DNA from: an uncultured Chloroflexia bacterium
GTDB lineage: Bacteria; Chloroflexota; Ktedonobacteria; Ktedonobacterales; JADMIN01
Length of the DNA stretch: 32,000 nucleotides
Assembly (NCBI GenBank): GCA_963718915.1
Contig: CAVRAI010000009.1
Location: 60,001 to 92,000, forward strand
Reading direction: 5' to 3'
Both the position numbers and the translations under genes were made by a program. Positions 7,545 through 17,292 of this stretch are shown piece by piece; within the stretch, counting starts at the first letter, position 1, and each line of letters starts with the position of its first letter. The notes beneath the pieces were generated by a model. That model did not search any database. It saw only the letters and a list, made by a program, of their open reading frames with translations, and was not told the DNA's origin.

Positions 7545-8480
7545 ATGCACGTAGATGATCCCTTTCCTACGTCGAGCCATCAGGTGCATGCCTCATGGGT
7601 GCAGCGGCTCCTGCTTCTCTATCCCCGCGCCTGGCGCGACCGCTATGGTGATGAGGTGGCTTCCGTGCTGGCCGAGCACCGCGTGACGTACTGGACGGCA
7701 CTGGATCTTATTCTGGGCGCGCTTGACGCCCACTTACACGGGGATCTGCTCCCCAGGAGGTTGGTATCCATGGCTCACCGCATTCGCAGCAGCGAGATTG
7801 CCATCTTTTGCGCCTTTGTGCTCTTCTGCATCGCCTGGTTGCCGCTCAGCCTCGTTCGCGATCCCCTGTCTATCTGGCAAGATGCCGTGACTGCGCACCC
7901 AGAACTGCTGATCGCGCTCACGCTCCTGGGCATCGCCGCGCTCATCGCGACGCTCGCCATCCTCGTAGGTGGAGTCCCGCTAGTGGTCTCCGCGCTCGCG
8001 CAATCGATCACCGCTCGCCGCTGGTGGCTGCTCGCGCTCTTCGCTGTTCCAATCCTTGCCGTCGCAGCGCTCGTTGTTGTCAAGCTCGGCGACATCCAGT
8101 GGTCCAGTGTCTCACAGTCGGGCGTGCTGTCCATGCGGCAGCCCATCGCTTTGCAGATCGGCCTGATACTTCTGCCGCTTGTCGCAATCGGAGGCAGCGC
8201 TGCGGCGGTCGCGGCGGCGATTGGGCGCAGTGAGTTGAGCCTCAGCATGTTCCGGTTTGCTTTGCTGCCCGCCGGTGTGGCCACCGCCGCGCTTGCGCTC
8301 GGTCTGCTTGGGGCTGTCACGCTCACGGCGCTGCTCTTCGCCGAAGCGCCACAGATCAGCGCGGGGCCACCGCTACAGATAGGGGGCCTCGTCGTGATGC
8401 TTGCTGCCGTCATCCTTGCAGCTTTCGCGTTGCGGCACGGCGTACAGGCAGCTCATGAAGGCCGACTGGCTGAGGATTAG
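7545..8480 (+). CDS. Polytopic membrane protein co-transcribed with PadR (function unknown)
   Basis: It starts 19 nt after the PadR stop. N-terminal LYPRAWRDRYGDEV is followed by about 6-7 hydrophobic spans. The stop overlaps the convergent J-domain gene stop. Confidence 0.6.
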   Translation: MHVDDPFPTSSHQVHASWVQRLLLLYPRAWRDRYGDEVASVLAEHRVTYWTALDLILGALDAHLHGDLLPRRLVSMAHRIRSSEIAIFCAFVLFCIAWLPLSLVRDPLSIWQDAVTAHPELLIALTLLGIAALIATLAILVGGVPLVVSALAQSITARRWWLLALFAVPILAVAALVVVKLGDIQWSSVSQSGVLSMRQPIALQIGLILLPLVAIGGSAAAVAAAIGRSELSLSMFRFALLPAGVATAALALGLLGAVTLTALLFAEAPQISAGPPLQIGGLVVMLAAVILAAFALRHGVQAAHEGRLAED

Positions 8481-8980
8481 ACAGTCTGGTGCAGCCAGCG
8501 GAGGATGGAGTCGGCGGCGAGGTTGATCGAGACCATCATCGTGTGGCCGCCGCCCGCGTCGGGATGATACTGGCGGGCGAGGGCGCGGCGGGCCTGCGTC
8601 ACGTCTTCGGCGGAGGCGCCCGGTGGCAGGTGCAGCACGCGATAGGCCGATTCGATGTCGCGCGGGATGTAGACACGCCGTTGCGCGCGCGGGCGGATGC
8701 TGGCGTAGAAGCTGCTGACATCCTCCGAGATGCTCGGCGAGCGCTGATGCCACTGCCCCAGCGCCTCGGCCAGCGCCGGGATGCGTCGCGCCAGTCGCGA
8801 GATGGCGTCCTGCGAGATCCACCAGATGCGCTCCTCGGCAATCCAGCGCCGCTGCCAGGGATCGAGGCCGACGACGACATGCACGGCTGGTGAGAAGACG
8901 CCCGCGCCGCCAGTGAACGCGATCAGAAAGCCATCCTCCACCGCCTCGAAGAGCAGCACGCGCAGCTCAGTCGCTTCCAT
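8477..8980 (-). CDS. J-domain (DnaJ-like) protein with an uncharacterised N-terminal domain
   Basis: C-terminal J-domain core YRVLHLPPGASAEDVTQARRALARQYHPDAGG carries the HPD tripeptide. ATG at 8980 is preferred (AGGAG about 9 nt upstream). The longer ORF reaching 9250 has non-coding-like composition. Confidence 0.7.
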   Translation of the reverse strand: MEATELRVLLFEAVEDGFLIAFTGGAGVFSPAVHVVVGLDPWQRRWIAEERIWWISQDAISRLARRIPALAEALGQWHQRSPSISEDVSSFYASIRPRAQRRVYIPRDIESAYRVLHLPPGASAEDVTQARRALARQYHPDAGGGHTMMVSINLAADSILRWLHQTV

Positions 8981-9482
8981 TCTGTCCCGACTCCTATTGC
9001 CTGCTTTTGAACGCAGATAGTCCCTGCGACTGGGGATGACCATTCGCACAGGAGAAGAATGCCATCTGGCGCGCGAAAAAACATCGGACGAATGGACGGT
9101 GCGCACTGGCCATATTCTGGGGTATAATGGGAGAGTCGGAAATTCCCCGGAATGCTTCCCCGAATTGATGTGCCGCCCGCGGTTACTGTGACTCGAAGGA
9201 TTGTTAAGCGCGGGCGAGGTGAGCAATAATCCGGCTTCGCGGCATGACATAGTTTTAGAGAATAGTGAGGACGGATCTCCAGCCTGCGACAGCGGTCTGC
9301 TGAGTGACGCATGCCGGAGCCTGCCAGCGAATTGCCCGGCCAGCGCAGGCGCTCATCCGTCCATCCGTCCATTCGCCGGAGCGTTCACGCTACGGTCTGC
9401 TCACCTCACCACAATGCCCGTGTCCGTCGCACGTGCTAACACAACATCATGCCGCGAAGGTCGATTGTCTGGCATCGCGTCA

Positions 9483-11042
9483 TCAGCCGTGGATGCCGTG
9501 GGCGTGCATTTCGGCCTCACGCGCCTCATCTTCGCGGCCCAGCGCGCGGAGCACCGCCGCTTTGTTCGCCCAGGCGGGCGTATAGTGGAGATCGAGCGTA
9601 ATGGCGCGGTCACAGGAGGCGAGCGCCTCGTTGTGGCGGCCCAGCGCGGCGAGAACGCCACCCTTGTTGCTCCAGGCGGCGACGAATGCTGGATCGAGTG
9701 AGAGGGCGTGGTCGCAGGCCAGCAGCGCTTCGTTGTGGCGGCCCAGGCGTGCCAGCGTACTGGCCTTGCGGTTCCACGTTGGAGCGGAGTTTGGCATGAA
9801 GGCGAGCGCCCGCTCGCTGGCGTAGAGCGCGTCTTCGTAGCGACCCATGCGGAAGTGCGCCGTGGCCTTGCTGGCCCAGGCAGCGCCAAAACTCGGCGCG
9901 TGCGCCAGCGCGGAATCATAGGCGGCGATGGCCTCATCGTAGCGCTGCAATCCGGCGAGCACCAGGCCTTTGTTTCGCCAGTAGTCGGCGGAGTTGGGAT
10001 TGCGGGTCAGTGCGGAATCATAGGCGGCCAACGCCTCAATCGGCCTGCCCAGTCCGGCGAGGGCGACACCCTTGTTGTTCCAGGCGAAATCGGAGTTGGG
10101 ATCGAGCACCAGCGCGCCATCGCAGGCGACCAGCGCCTCATCGTAGCGGCGAAGCTGCACCAGCACATTCGCCTTGCTCGCCCAGGCCAGCGCGAACTGC
10201 TCATTCAGCGCAATCGCCTGATCGTAGGCAGCCAGCGCTTCGGCAAAGCGAGCCAGCTCGGCGAACATGAATCCGAGATGGAACCATGCCGGCGATGACT
10301 GAGGGTTACGCTGCATCGCCTGCTGGAAGGCGGCCAGCGCCTCTTCGGGGCGGCCCTGGGTGCGCAAGGCATTGCCCTGTGCGATCAGGCTCTCTACGTC
10401 GTCGTCGGCGTGCGGACCAACCATTGCGTGGGGCGCATGGGGCACGTGCTGTGGTGGCGCGGTGACGACCTTGAAGCGTCCGCCGCTCTTCGGGCCGCTA
10501 TAGCCCTCGAAGCCCTCGACGTGCGTTACCTGTGTAGGCTGCGTCGGCTGTGATGGTTGCGAGGGCAGCGAGGATAGCGAGGATAGCGACGGCGGCGACG
10601 GCGGAGGCAGCGCCTCGACCATGGGCAGCAGCGAGAGCGAGCGAAGCGTCGCGTGAATCGCCTGATCGCGTGGCAACGTTCGGATGATGGGCATCGTGGG
10701 CTGTGTGTGGAAGCCCTCGAAGAAGGCGCGGAGCGCGTTATCGTCTACGGGCTGGGCCAGCACCGGCAGAAAGCGCCGGTTCGGATCGTGGCGCAGATAG
10801 GTCGCCGCCCAGGTGCAGGCGGCGGTGACGGTGCCAGATCGTAGCGCGGCGGGCGAGAGGATGACGATGAATACCGGGCGGGAACGCACCTCCGGCTCGA
10901 TCACCGGCAGCAGTTGGCTCAGCGCATAGTGCTGATCGTTGACCCAGACATCCGCGCCAGCATTCCGCAACGCCCCCACGAGGTCCTGACAAAAGTCGTC
11001 ATCCTCGGGCGTGTGGCTGACGAAAATGCGCGCTGGGTACAT
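9483..11042 (-). CDS. TIR-like (TIR_2-type) N-terminal domain, Pro/Ser/Gln linker, and about nine TPR repeats
   Basis: The N-terminus IFVSHTPEDDDFCQDLVGALRNAGADVWVND...RPVFIVILSPAALRS follows the TIR_2 pattern. The linker is PPPSPPSLSSLSSLPSQPSQPTQPTQ. The C-terminal half is 34-aa repeats (A/W..KG..L..LGR..EAL..YD.AL.L.P). ATG at 11042 has a GGAGA upstream. Confidence 0.75.
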   Translation of the reverse strand: MYPARIFVSHTPEDDDFCQDLVGALRNAGADVWVNDQHYALSQLLPVIEPEVRSRPVFIVILSPAALRSGTVTAACTWAATYLRHDPNRRFLPVLAQPVDDNALRAFFEGFHTQPTMPIIRTLPRDQAIHATLRSLSLLPMVEALPPPSPPSLSSLSSLPSQPSQPTQPTQVTHVEGFEGYSGPKSGGRFKVVTAPPQHVPHAPHAMVGPHADDDVESLIAQGNALRTQGRPEEALAAFQQAMQRNPQSSPAWFHLGFMFAELARFAEALAAYDQAIALNEQFALAWASKANVLVQLRRYDEALVACDGALVLDPNSDFAWNNKGVALAGLGRPIEALAAYDSALTRNPNSADYWRNKGLVLAGLQRYDEAIAAYDSALAHAPSFGAAWASKATAHFRMGRYEDALYASERALAFMPNSAPTWNRKASTLARLGRHNEALLACDHALSLDPAFVAAWSNKGGVLAALGRHNEALASCDRAITLDLHYTPAWANKAAVLRALGREDEAREAEMHAHGIHG

Positions 11043-11348
11043 CACTCGCCAATCTCCAACAGAGAGCATGGTCGTATCACCGCTAATCCTGGCTCAGAAG
11101 CGTCTATCTCACCATAACCATCGCGCGCCCTGTGAGTGCGTGTGCTAGGGATAATACCTTGACGCTTCACACTATGAGCCATTTTCCGGTACATATGGCA
11201 TAGGTCACATAGGCCGACATCGCGTGTCGCGTGGGGCTGGTAGCCGCCATTGCGAGCAAAATCAGGTCTCAGTATCCCACGCCAGGGCGGCCAGGCGCAA
11301 ATGGACTGCCCCATTGGAGTCTGGCCCTGTCGCGCGCTGGCCCTGTCG

Positions 11349-11822
11349 TTACCTCATTGGCCGCAGCAGCACCAGCGGAATCTCGCGGGTAATGTTCCGC
11401 TGGTAGCGCGCATAATACGGCGAGACACGCACCAGGTCGGCCCAGATGCGCGGGCGATCCACCGCGTCGACGAGGCTGGCGGTCGCCCACTGGCGCTTGC
11501 CCTCACGCTCGACCTCGACGGTGGGGTTCGCCAGCAGGTTGAGATACCACGCGGGCGGATAGTCTTTGCCATAATTGGAGCCGATGACGTAGGGTGTCTG
11601 GCCGTCGGTGTGGTACTCCAGCGGGATGGCGTAGCGCGCGCCAGTCTTGCGCCCGGTGGTCGTGAGCATCAGAAAGCGGCGTCCTGGGATTCTGGTGGCG
11701 AGCCTGCCGCGACTGGCACGATAGAGCCAGAGGTGAAAGCGTGCGAACGTGGGCGCGCGTGGCGGCGACGACGCAAGTGGTGGCAATGGAGACAATGGCG
11801 GCAATGATATTGTCTCGGTCAT
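11349..11822 (-). CDS. Deazaflavin (F420)-dependent nitroreductase-family oxidoreductase (DDN/PF04075-like)
   Basis: Family pattern: FLMLTTTGRKTGARYAIPLEYHTDGQTPYVIGSNYGKDYPPAWYLNLLANPTVEVE...YYARYQRNITREIPLVLLRP. ATG at 11822. Confidence 0.75.
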   Translation of the reverse strand: MTETISLPPLSPLPPLASSPPRAPTFARFHLWLYRASRGRLATRIPGRRFLMLTTTGRKTGARYAIPLEYHTDGQTPYVIGSNYGKDYPPAWYLNLLANPTVEVEREGKRQWATASLVDAVDRPRIWADLVRVSPYYARYQRNITREIPLVLLRPMR

Positions 11823-11975
11823 GATCGCTCCAGTGTTGGATATATGATTGCAGGCAGCAGCTGATGGTGATAAGCCTATGCTAGTCGATGGTATGATACA
11901 ACAAGCCACCGATGATGAAGTTGAGTAGAAGCCGAGCTGGTCAGGCGTTCACATGGTACTGAGAGGGATACGACT

Positions 11976-13124
11976 ATGCCTAATGACACGATAGTCTTTC
12001 CAAATCCACAGGCTACGCAACAGATCGACGGCGAATTCCCACGCGGCGAGGCGTTTGACTTCCATCAGAAACTACCGGGCTACAGGGAATCACCCCTTAT
12101 CGATGCTCCTGGCATTGCGGATGCGCTTGGCGTTGGCAAGGTCTGGGTGAAGGATGAATCGAGCCGGTTCGGCCTGCCAGCCTTCAAGTTTCTTGGCGCG
12201 TCGTGGGCGGTCTATCGCGTGCTGCTGGAGCGGATGGGCGGCAACGTTGAGCCGTGGCAGACGTTTGACGATCTGAGGGAGCGGTTCGCGCCGCTCAAGC
12301 CCCTCACCTTGGTAGCCGCAACGGATGGCAATCATGGCCGTTCCGTCGCGCGGATGGCTCGCCTCCTGGGGTTCGCGTCGCATATTCTCGTTCCACGCGA
12401 GATGGCTCTGGCGCGTATTGACGCCATCAAAGGCGAGGGCGCGGATGTTACGATTGTCGATGGAAGCTATGATGACGCCGTCACGCAAGCGGCGGCCCTG
12501 GCGTCGGAAAATACCCTGGTCATCTCGGATACGGCGTGGGAAGGCTATACGCGGATTCCCCGCTGGATTATGGAGGGCTATACCACCATTCTGCGCGAGC
12601 TTGACGACCAGCGGGCGGCAACAGGCGGTACCCGCGTGGATCTGGTCGCTGCCCAGATGGGCGTCGGCGGCCTGGCGACAGCAGTGGTGTGGCATTACCG
12701 GCGACCGGAGCTGACTGACCACCCCACATTAGTTGGCGTTGAGCCGTTAGCCGCCGATGCCATTCTGCGCTCAGCCCAGGCCGGGCACATGGTCGAGGCG
12801 CCGGGGCCGCATACATCTATCATGGCGGGACTCTGCTGCGGCGTTCCCTCGCTGGTGGCGTGGCCGATTATCGCGAAGGGCATCGACATGTTCGTCGCCA
12901 TCGACGACGAATGGGCGCGCGAGGCCATGCGCGAACTCGCTCAAGCGAGCGTCGTCTCGGGCGAGACGGGGGCGGCAGGCCTCGCTGGCCTCCTTGCGTT
13001 GCTCTCAGGCCCGGAGCGGGAGCAGCACAGGCGCCTGCTGGGACTCACACCGGATTCGCATGTCGTGGTTATCTCGACCGAAGGGGCAACCGATCCCGTA
13101 GCCTACCAGCAAATCGTTGGGTAG
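11976..13124 (+). CDS. dpaL: Diaminopropionate ammonia-lyase (PLP-dependent, YgeX-like)
   Basis: It tracks E. coli YgeX blocks: KDESSRFGLPAFKFLGASWA, ATDGNHGRSVA, DTAWEGYTRIPRWIMEGY, IMAGLCCGVPS, VSGETGAAGLAGL, VVISTEGATD. Confidence 0.85.
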   Translation: MPNDTIVFPNPQATQQIDGEFPRGEAFDFHQKLPGYRESPLIDAPGIADALGVGKVWVKDESSRFGLPAFKFLGASWAVYRVLLERMGGNVEPWQTFDDLRERFAPLKPLTLVAATDGNHGRSVARMARLLGFASHILVPREMALARIDAIKGEGADVTIVDGSYDDAVTQAAALASENTLVISDTAWEGYTRIPRWIMEGYTTILRELDDQRAATGGTRVDLVAAQMGVGGLATAVVWHYRRPELTDHPTLVGVEPLAADAILRSAQAGHMVEAPGPHTSIMAGLCCGVPSLVAWPIIAKGIDMFVAIDDEWAREAMRELAQASVVSGETGAAGLAGLLALLSGPEREQHRRLLGLTPDSHVVVISTEGATDPVAYQQIVG

Positions 13125-13140
13125 GTTCTCCCCGAACGTG

Positions 13141-14694
13141 CTATGACGCTGTCGCCGCCTTGGCGTCGGCCCACCACGCCAGCCACTCCTCCTGCGAGAG
13201 CGCATCGAGCGCGCGGTTCTCGTCGTGGGCGCGATGCTCCATTGCCGCGAAGCGGCGACGGAAGCGGCGATTGGCGCGCTGGAGAGCATCCTCCGGCTGA
13301 ACACCAAGGGTATCGGCGAGGCGTGCCAGCACGAAAAGCACGTCGCCCAACTCCTCGGCGCGGCGCTCCGGCGACTCATCCATCGCCTCAACCAGTTCGC
13401 GCGCCTCCTCGGCCAGCTTTTCGAGCACACCAGAGACATCGTGCCAGTTGAAGCCCACCTTCGCGCCTGTCCGCCCAAGCTCGTACGCCTGGAGGAGGGC
13501 GGGTGCGCTGCTTGGTACCTTGCGCAGAATGCTCTCGTGCTCGACCGCCTCGCCGCGCTCCTCACGCTCGCGCCGTTTGATCGCCTCCCAGTTGCGCACG
13601 ACATGCGCGGCGTCCTTCACCTGCACATCGCCAAAGACATGGGGGTGGCGGCGGATCAGCTTCTCGGTGATGTGCTGGTAGACGTCCGCCAGCGAGAAGA
13701 GGTCTTCCTCATCGCCAATCTCGGCCTGGAGGTAGACCTGGAGCAGCAGATCGCCCAACTCCTCAGCCAGCTTCTCGGCCATCTCCGGGCTGCCGTCCCA
13801 CTCGTCCAGCACCTCGGCGACCTCGTAGGCCTCCTCCAGCACATACTTGCGCAGCGACTGATGCGTCTGCTCGCGGTCCCACGGGCAGCCATCCGGCGCG
13901 CGCAGCTTCGCCACGATATGACGCAGGCCCTCCGGCGCGCGTAGCGCCTCGGTCGGCGGCAGCGGCGGAACATAGATCGTCGTCAGGTGGTCGGCGCGGT
14001 CATTGCGGTCCAACTCAACCAGCGGCATCCGCTCGATAGCCTCCTGCTCGGGCATGCCTGCCCAGCGCACGACAGTAATCTCCCAGTCGTCGGGATATAG
14101 CTCGCTCAGCGCCAGCTTGACGCCGCCCGCGACGCGGCGATTATAGACCTGCGCCACCAGCGCCGGAACCGTCGGCAGCACCGCGCCCGCAAGCGCCGCC
14201 GTCGAGACATCGGCCAGCAATGTGGCGTCCAGCAGTTGCAGATCACGTTGCAGTGGATCGATCCCCAGCGCCGCGCAGACTGGCTCGACAAAAGAAAGGC
14301 CCGCTACGATGCGCACCACGACGCCGCGATCCACCGCCAGCGCGCGCAACTGGCGCACCGACTCCTCGCCGATGAGCGGATGTCCCGGCACGGCGTAGAC
14401 CAGCGCCTGCCCAGCAGGCAGGGCTGCCGCCTGCTCCAGGAGTCGATTTGCCATCAGGGGATAGAGGTCGGCGAAGTTCTCGGCGCTGTCATAGAGCGCA
14501 TCGAACGAGTTCAGCGGCAGATTCGGGCGGCGCGAGCGCAGCGCATCCACGGTGGGGTGGCGCTCGGTGCGGACGACGACGGCGGAGGCGGTATCGAGAA
14601 TCGCCTGCGCCTCAACCGTCAAGTCCTCCCAGCGCCCAGGACCAAGCCCAACGACGATGATGATGGTCTGCGCTGCCTCAGTAACCTCAGCCAA
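13141..14694 (-). CDS. mazG: YabN-type fusion: tetrapyrrole-methylase-like domain plus tandem MazG NTP pyrophosphohydrolase domains
   Basis: The N-terminus IIIVVGLGPGRWEDLTVEAQAIL...VYAVPGHPLIGEES is TP-methylase-like. The C-terminus carries two MazG blocks: EEAYEVAEV...LAEELGDLLLQV, and EEARELVEA...AEELGDVLFVLARLA. TTG start overlaps the upstream PPIase stop by 8 nt. Confidence 0.85.
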   Translation of the reverse strand: MAEVTEAAQTIIIVVGLGPGRWEDLTVEAQAILDTASAVVVRTERHPTVDALRSRRPNLPLNSFDALYDSAENFADLYPLMANRLLEQAAALPAGQALVYAVPGHPLIGEESVRQLRALAVDRGVVVRIVAGLSFVEPVCAALGIDPLQRDLQLLDATLLADVSTAALAGAVLPTVPALVAQVYNRRVAGGVKLALSELYPDDWEITVVRWAGMPEQEAIERMPLVELDRNDRADHLTTIYVPPLPPTEALRAPEGLRHIVAKLRAPDGCPWDREQTHQSLRKYVLEEAYEVAEVLDEWDGSPEMAEKLAEELGDLLLQVYLQAEIGDEEDLFSLADVYQHITEKLIRRHPHVFGDVQVKDAAHVVRNWEAIKRREREERGEAVEHESILRKVPSSAPALLQAYELGRTGAKVGFNWHDVSGVLEKLAEEARELVEAMDESPERRAEELGDVLFVLARLADTLGVQPEDALQRANRRFRRRFAAMEHRAHDENRALDALSQEEWLAWWADAKAATAS

Positions 14695-15625
14695 CGGTCA
14701 CATACTCCTCGACGGATGCTCCCGGGCGCACCACTTGCGCCAGCCACGCATTGACGGCGTCGGACTGGGTCTGGGTGTCACTGATGCTCGAGACGGCATG
14801 TGGGCTGAAATCGGTCAGCTCGAGCAGCCAGTAATTGCCCTGATACAGCAGCACCATGTATTTGCCAGGATGCGCGCCCGGTGCGAAGACCGCTTTATCG
14901 AAATCGGCGTTGACCTGCCCTGGGAAGAAGGTGCCCAGTTCGCCGCCGATATCTCCGGTCGACTTATTCTGCGAGTTATCGTGGGCGAGCGTCGCGAAGT
15001 CGGTACCGCTTTCCGCTTTCTGCTGCAGGTCGCGCGCGTCCTGCTGATTCTTTGCCTCGATCCCGCGCAGATGGATCGCCAGAATCTTGCCCTTCTGCTG
15101 CATCAGGGCCTGGATGGCCTCCTGCTCGGAGAGCATGCTGATCACATCGGGTGTGATGCTATCGAGCAGCGACTTGAGCGCGGGATCGGGGCTTTGCTCT
15201 AGTTGCTTGCGGCTCTGGGCAATCTGGCTATTGAGCGTATCGCGCGCCGTCTGTATCGACTTCGCCGAGACGGTGAGATGCTGCTTGCTCAATTGCTCGC
15301 GCGTCAGCTCGGTGGTGATGAGGAGGTCGAGCACCTGCTGCTGGGTTGAGGCAAGGTCGGAGCGCTGGCTGGCGTTGCGCCAGTCGGTAAAGAAGTTATT
15401 GCGGGCGTTGGTGGAGCGATAGAGGGCAAGCATCTGCTGATACTGTGCCAGCGTCACCGGATGTCCATTCACCTTCGCCGCCAGCAGCGGATCAGCGGCG
15501 GCATTCGCGCCGCAGCCCGCCAACAACATCACTGCCATCATCATCAGGCCGAGCAGTGACGCTAACCGCGCGCGCCGCATGCTCTGTATCCATCCGAGTC
15601 TCGATTTCGCCATCATTCCGCTCAC
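14687..15625 (-). CDS. Parvulin/PpiC-type peptidyl-prolyl isomerase lipoprotein (PrsA/SurA-like)
   Basis: Signal peptide with lipobox LLAGC. C-terminal rotamase-like block: DARDLQQKAESGTDFATLAHDNSQNKSTGDIGGELGTFFPGQVNADFDKAVF. The true start may be the internal Met at 15580 (MRRARLASLLGL...). Confidence 0.7.
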   Translation of the reverse strand: MSGMMAKSRLGWIQSMRRARLASLLGLMMMAVMLLAGCGANAAADPLLAAKVNGHPVTLAQYQQMLALYRSTNARNNFFTDWRNASQRSDLASTQQQVLDLLITTELTREQLSKQHLTVSAKSIQTARDTLNSQIAQSRKQLEQSPDPALKSLLDSITPDVISMLSEQEAIQALMQQKGKILAIHLRGIEAKNQQDARDLQQKAESGTDFATLAHDNSQNKSTGDIGGELGTFFPGQVNADFDKAVFAPGAHPGKYMVLLYQGNYWLLELTDFSPHAVSSISDTQTQSDAVNAWLAQVVRPGASVEEYVTVG

Positions 15626-15819
15626 GCCTCGCTCCTGGTCACTCGCTGGTCACTCGCCGCGCTATCGGGGCATATCCGCCGTCGTTACAGTTCTTACGCT
15701 AGTTCTTAACGTCGCCACGTCATGCCTTATCCTATCGTACCGCGCATGACGGTATCCTGGCGATGGTACCATGAGTGCGGGGCGCGCGTCAATGCAAGCG
15801 GGCGACTGTACACGTGAGA

Positions 15820-17292
15820 CTATGGCGCAAGGGCAGGATCGACGAACGACAGGTCGATGGTCGGCAGCGCATGCCAGAGCAGCCGTCCGGTGGCGGCGTC
15901 GAGCGCGAAGAGGCCGAGCCACGTGCCGAGAAAGACGATCCCCCACCGAGCCACAAGCCAATTGGCGTTCACCGCATTGTCTACCCGCCATGGATGCCGC
16001 CAGTGTCCCTGAGTAAATTCACGCCACAGCGGCAACCCAACGTTGTTCGCAATGCTGTGCCCTATATCGTGAAGCCGTCTGCCAGGTGTTCGCCGCTGTT
16101 GAGGGAATCTACTGCGCGAGGGCGGCCTGCGCAGCCTAAACCATGGCTGCCAGACAATCTCGCGGAGGGTCGCCACTGACTTTTCGGTCGAGTCCCAGAG
16201 CATGGCTGGCATACGGCGCGCTCCCCAGAGGTGTAAGAGTTCGCCCAGTGAGTCCGGGGAATGCCATTGCCACAAGCGCTCGCCCGTCGCCGCATCGAGA
16301 GCGCCAATCTCGACATTGCCCATGCCCGGATTGGTGCGCGAATAGCAGAGGATCGAGCCATCCAGCGCCAGATAATCGTGCGCCACATCCGTTGTGCGCC
16401 ACAACTCCGCACCGGTACGCGCATCCATTGCCGCTATCCAGGTGGCCTCCTGGTAATAGTTCATGTCCGTGTAGGCAATGCCCTCATCACTGAGCTGGTG
16501 GATCACCCCTTCGGTCGGGAAACTGGCAAGCTCGGAGCCATCATGGGCATGTAGCAGCGCTATAGCGCCTGGGCGGTCATAGTTGGGCCGCTGTTCACCA
16601 ATCAGCGCGCTATTTGGCGAAAAGACCCAGTGTTCAGGGTGACGGCGCTGCCATAACGGTTGGCCGCTACGGATTTCAAGCGCAAAGATCTCGTCAGGAG
16701 GCGCGTGATGCGCGTGAAGATGCGTATAGACCCGACCGCCACGCGCCGCGAAAAGCTGTGCATCATCTCCTCCATCACCAAGCTCACCAAGCTGCCCCAG
16801 GGTCCAGAGCGGCCTGCCGCTGGCGGCATCGAGCGCCTGAATATCGGGGGCGCCTGCCTCGAAGTGGCGAGGGTTTGCCGCGATGACGACTCCACTCTCC
16901 ACTTCGACATGCATCTGTCCTGTGACCAGCGGGTGGATATGCGTCCACAGCAGCGTGCCATCGTGCGCCCGCCGCGCTTCCAATGGAGTGGGGATATCGA
17001 GTGCAGCCGCCGCTCTATGCCATTCGACGCTATCGGATTCAGCGCGCTGGAGCCGTTTCTGCAGTGCGTAGCTACCGCCAGGCGCAAGATACGCCGCCTG
17101 GTGATCCAGTGCGAAGGCTCCGTGGATTCGTCCTGTCCGGCGCACCCAGCAGACATGGCCCGTGCGCGCCTCCACAACAGCCACCTCGCCTGCCAGGCCC
17201 GCCAAAGAGCCAACCATCAGCCGAGGCGGCGTCTCGCGCTTGCGCTCGCGATCATCGCTGGTCTGGCCTTGTTGCTCTCCAGAATCAAGCAT
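15820..17292 (-). CDS. PQQ-like (BamB-type) beta-propeller repeat protein
   Basis: Recurrent blade motif: ALDAASGRPLWT, ALEIRSGQPLWQ, AMDARTGAELWR, ALDAATGERLWQ, ALDAATGRLLWH. The start is placed at ATG 17292. The longer ORF reaching 17577 overlaps the divergent MFS gene and looks non-coding. Confidence 0.7.
   Translation of the reverse strand: MLDSGEQQGQTSDDRERKRETPPRLMVGSLAGLAGEVAVVEARTGHVCWVRRTGRIHGAFALDHQAAYLAPGGSYALQKRLQRAESDSVEWHRAAAALDIPTPLEARRAHDGTLLWTHIHPLVTGQMHVEVESGVVIAANPRHFEAGAPDIQALDAASGRPLWTLGQLGELGDGGDDAQLFAARGGRVYTHLHAHHAPPDEIFALEIRSGQPLWQRRHPEHWVFSPNSALIGEQRPNYDRPGAIALLHAHDGSELASFPTEGVIHQLSDEGIAYTDMNYYQEATWIAAMDARTGAELWRTTDVAHDYLALDGSILCYSRTNPGMGNVEIGALDAATGERLWQWHSPDSLGELLHLWGARRMPAMLWDSTEKSVATLREIVWQPWFRLRRPPSRSRFPQQRRTPGRRLHDIGHSIANNVGLPLWREFTQGHWRHPWRVDNAVNANWLVARWGIVFLGTWLGLFALDAATGRLLWHALPTIDLSFVDPALAP

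Noticed and set aside
9100-9128. The perfect TATAAT at 9123-9128 as a plus-strand promoter.
   Set aside because: The -35 at 17-nt spacing (TGCGCA) is weak. There is no plus-strand gene or clear terminator downstream. It is kept only as part of the spacer finding.
9483-10400. Periodic DNA repeats of about 102 bp that could be mistaken for a tandem-repeat or CRISPR-like array.
   Set aside because: The periodicity is that of 34-codon TPR units inside one continuous ORF. There are no unique spacers and no non-coding repeat structure.
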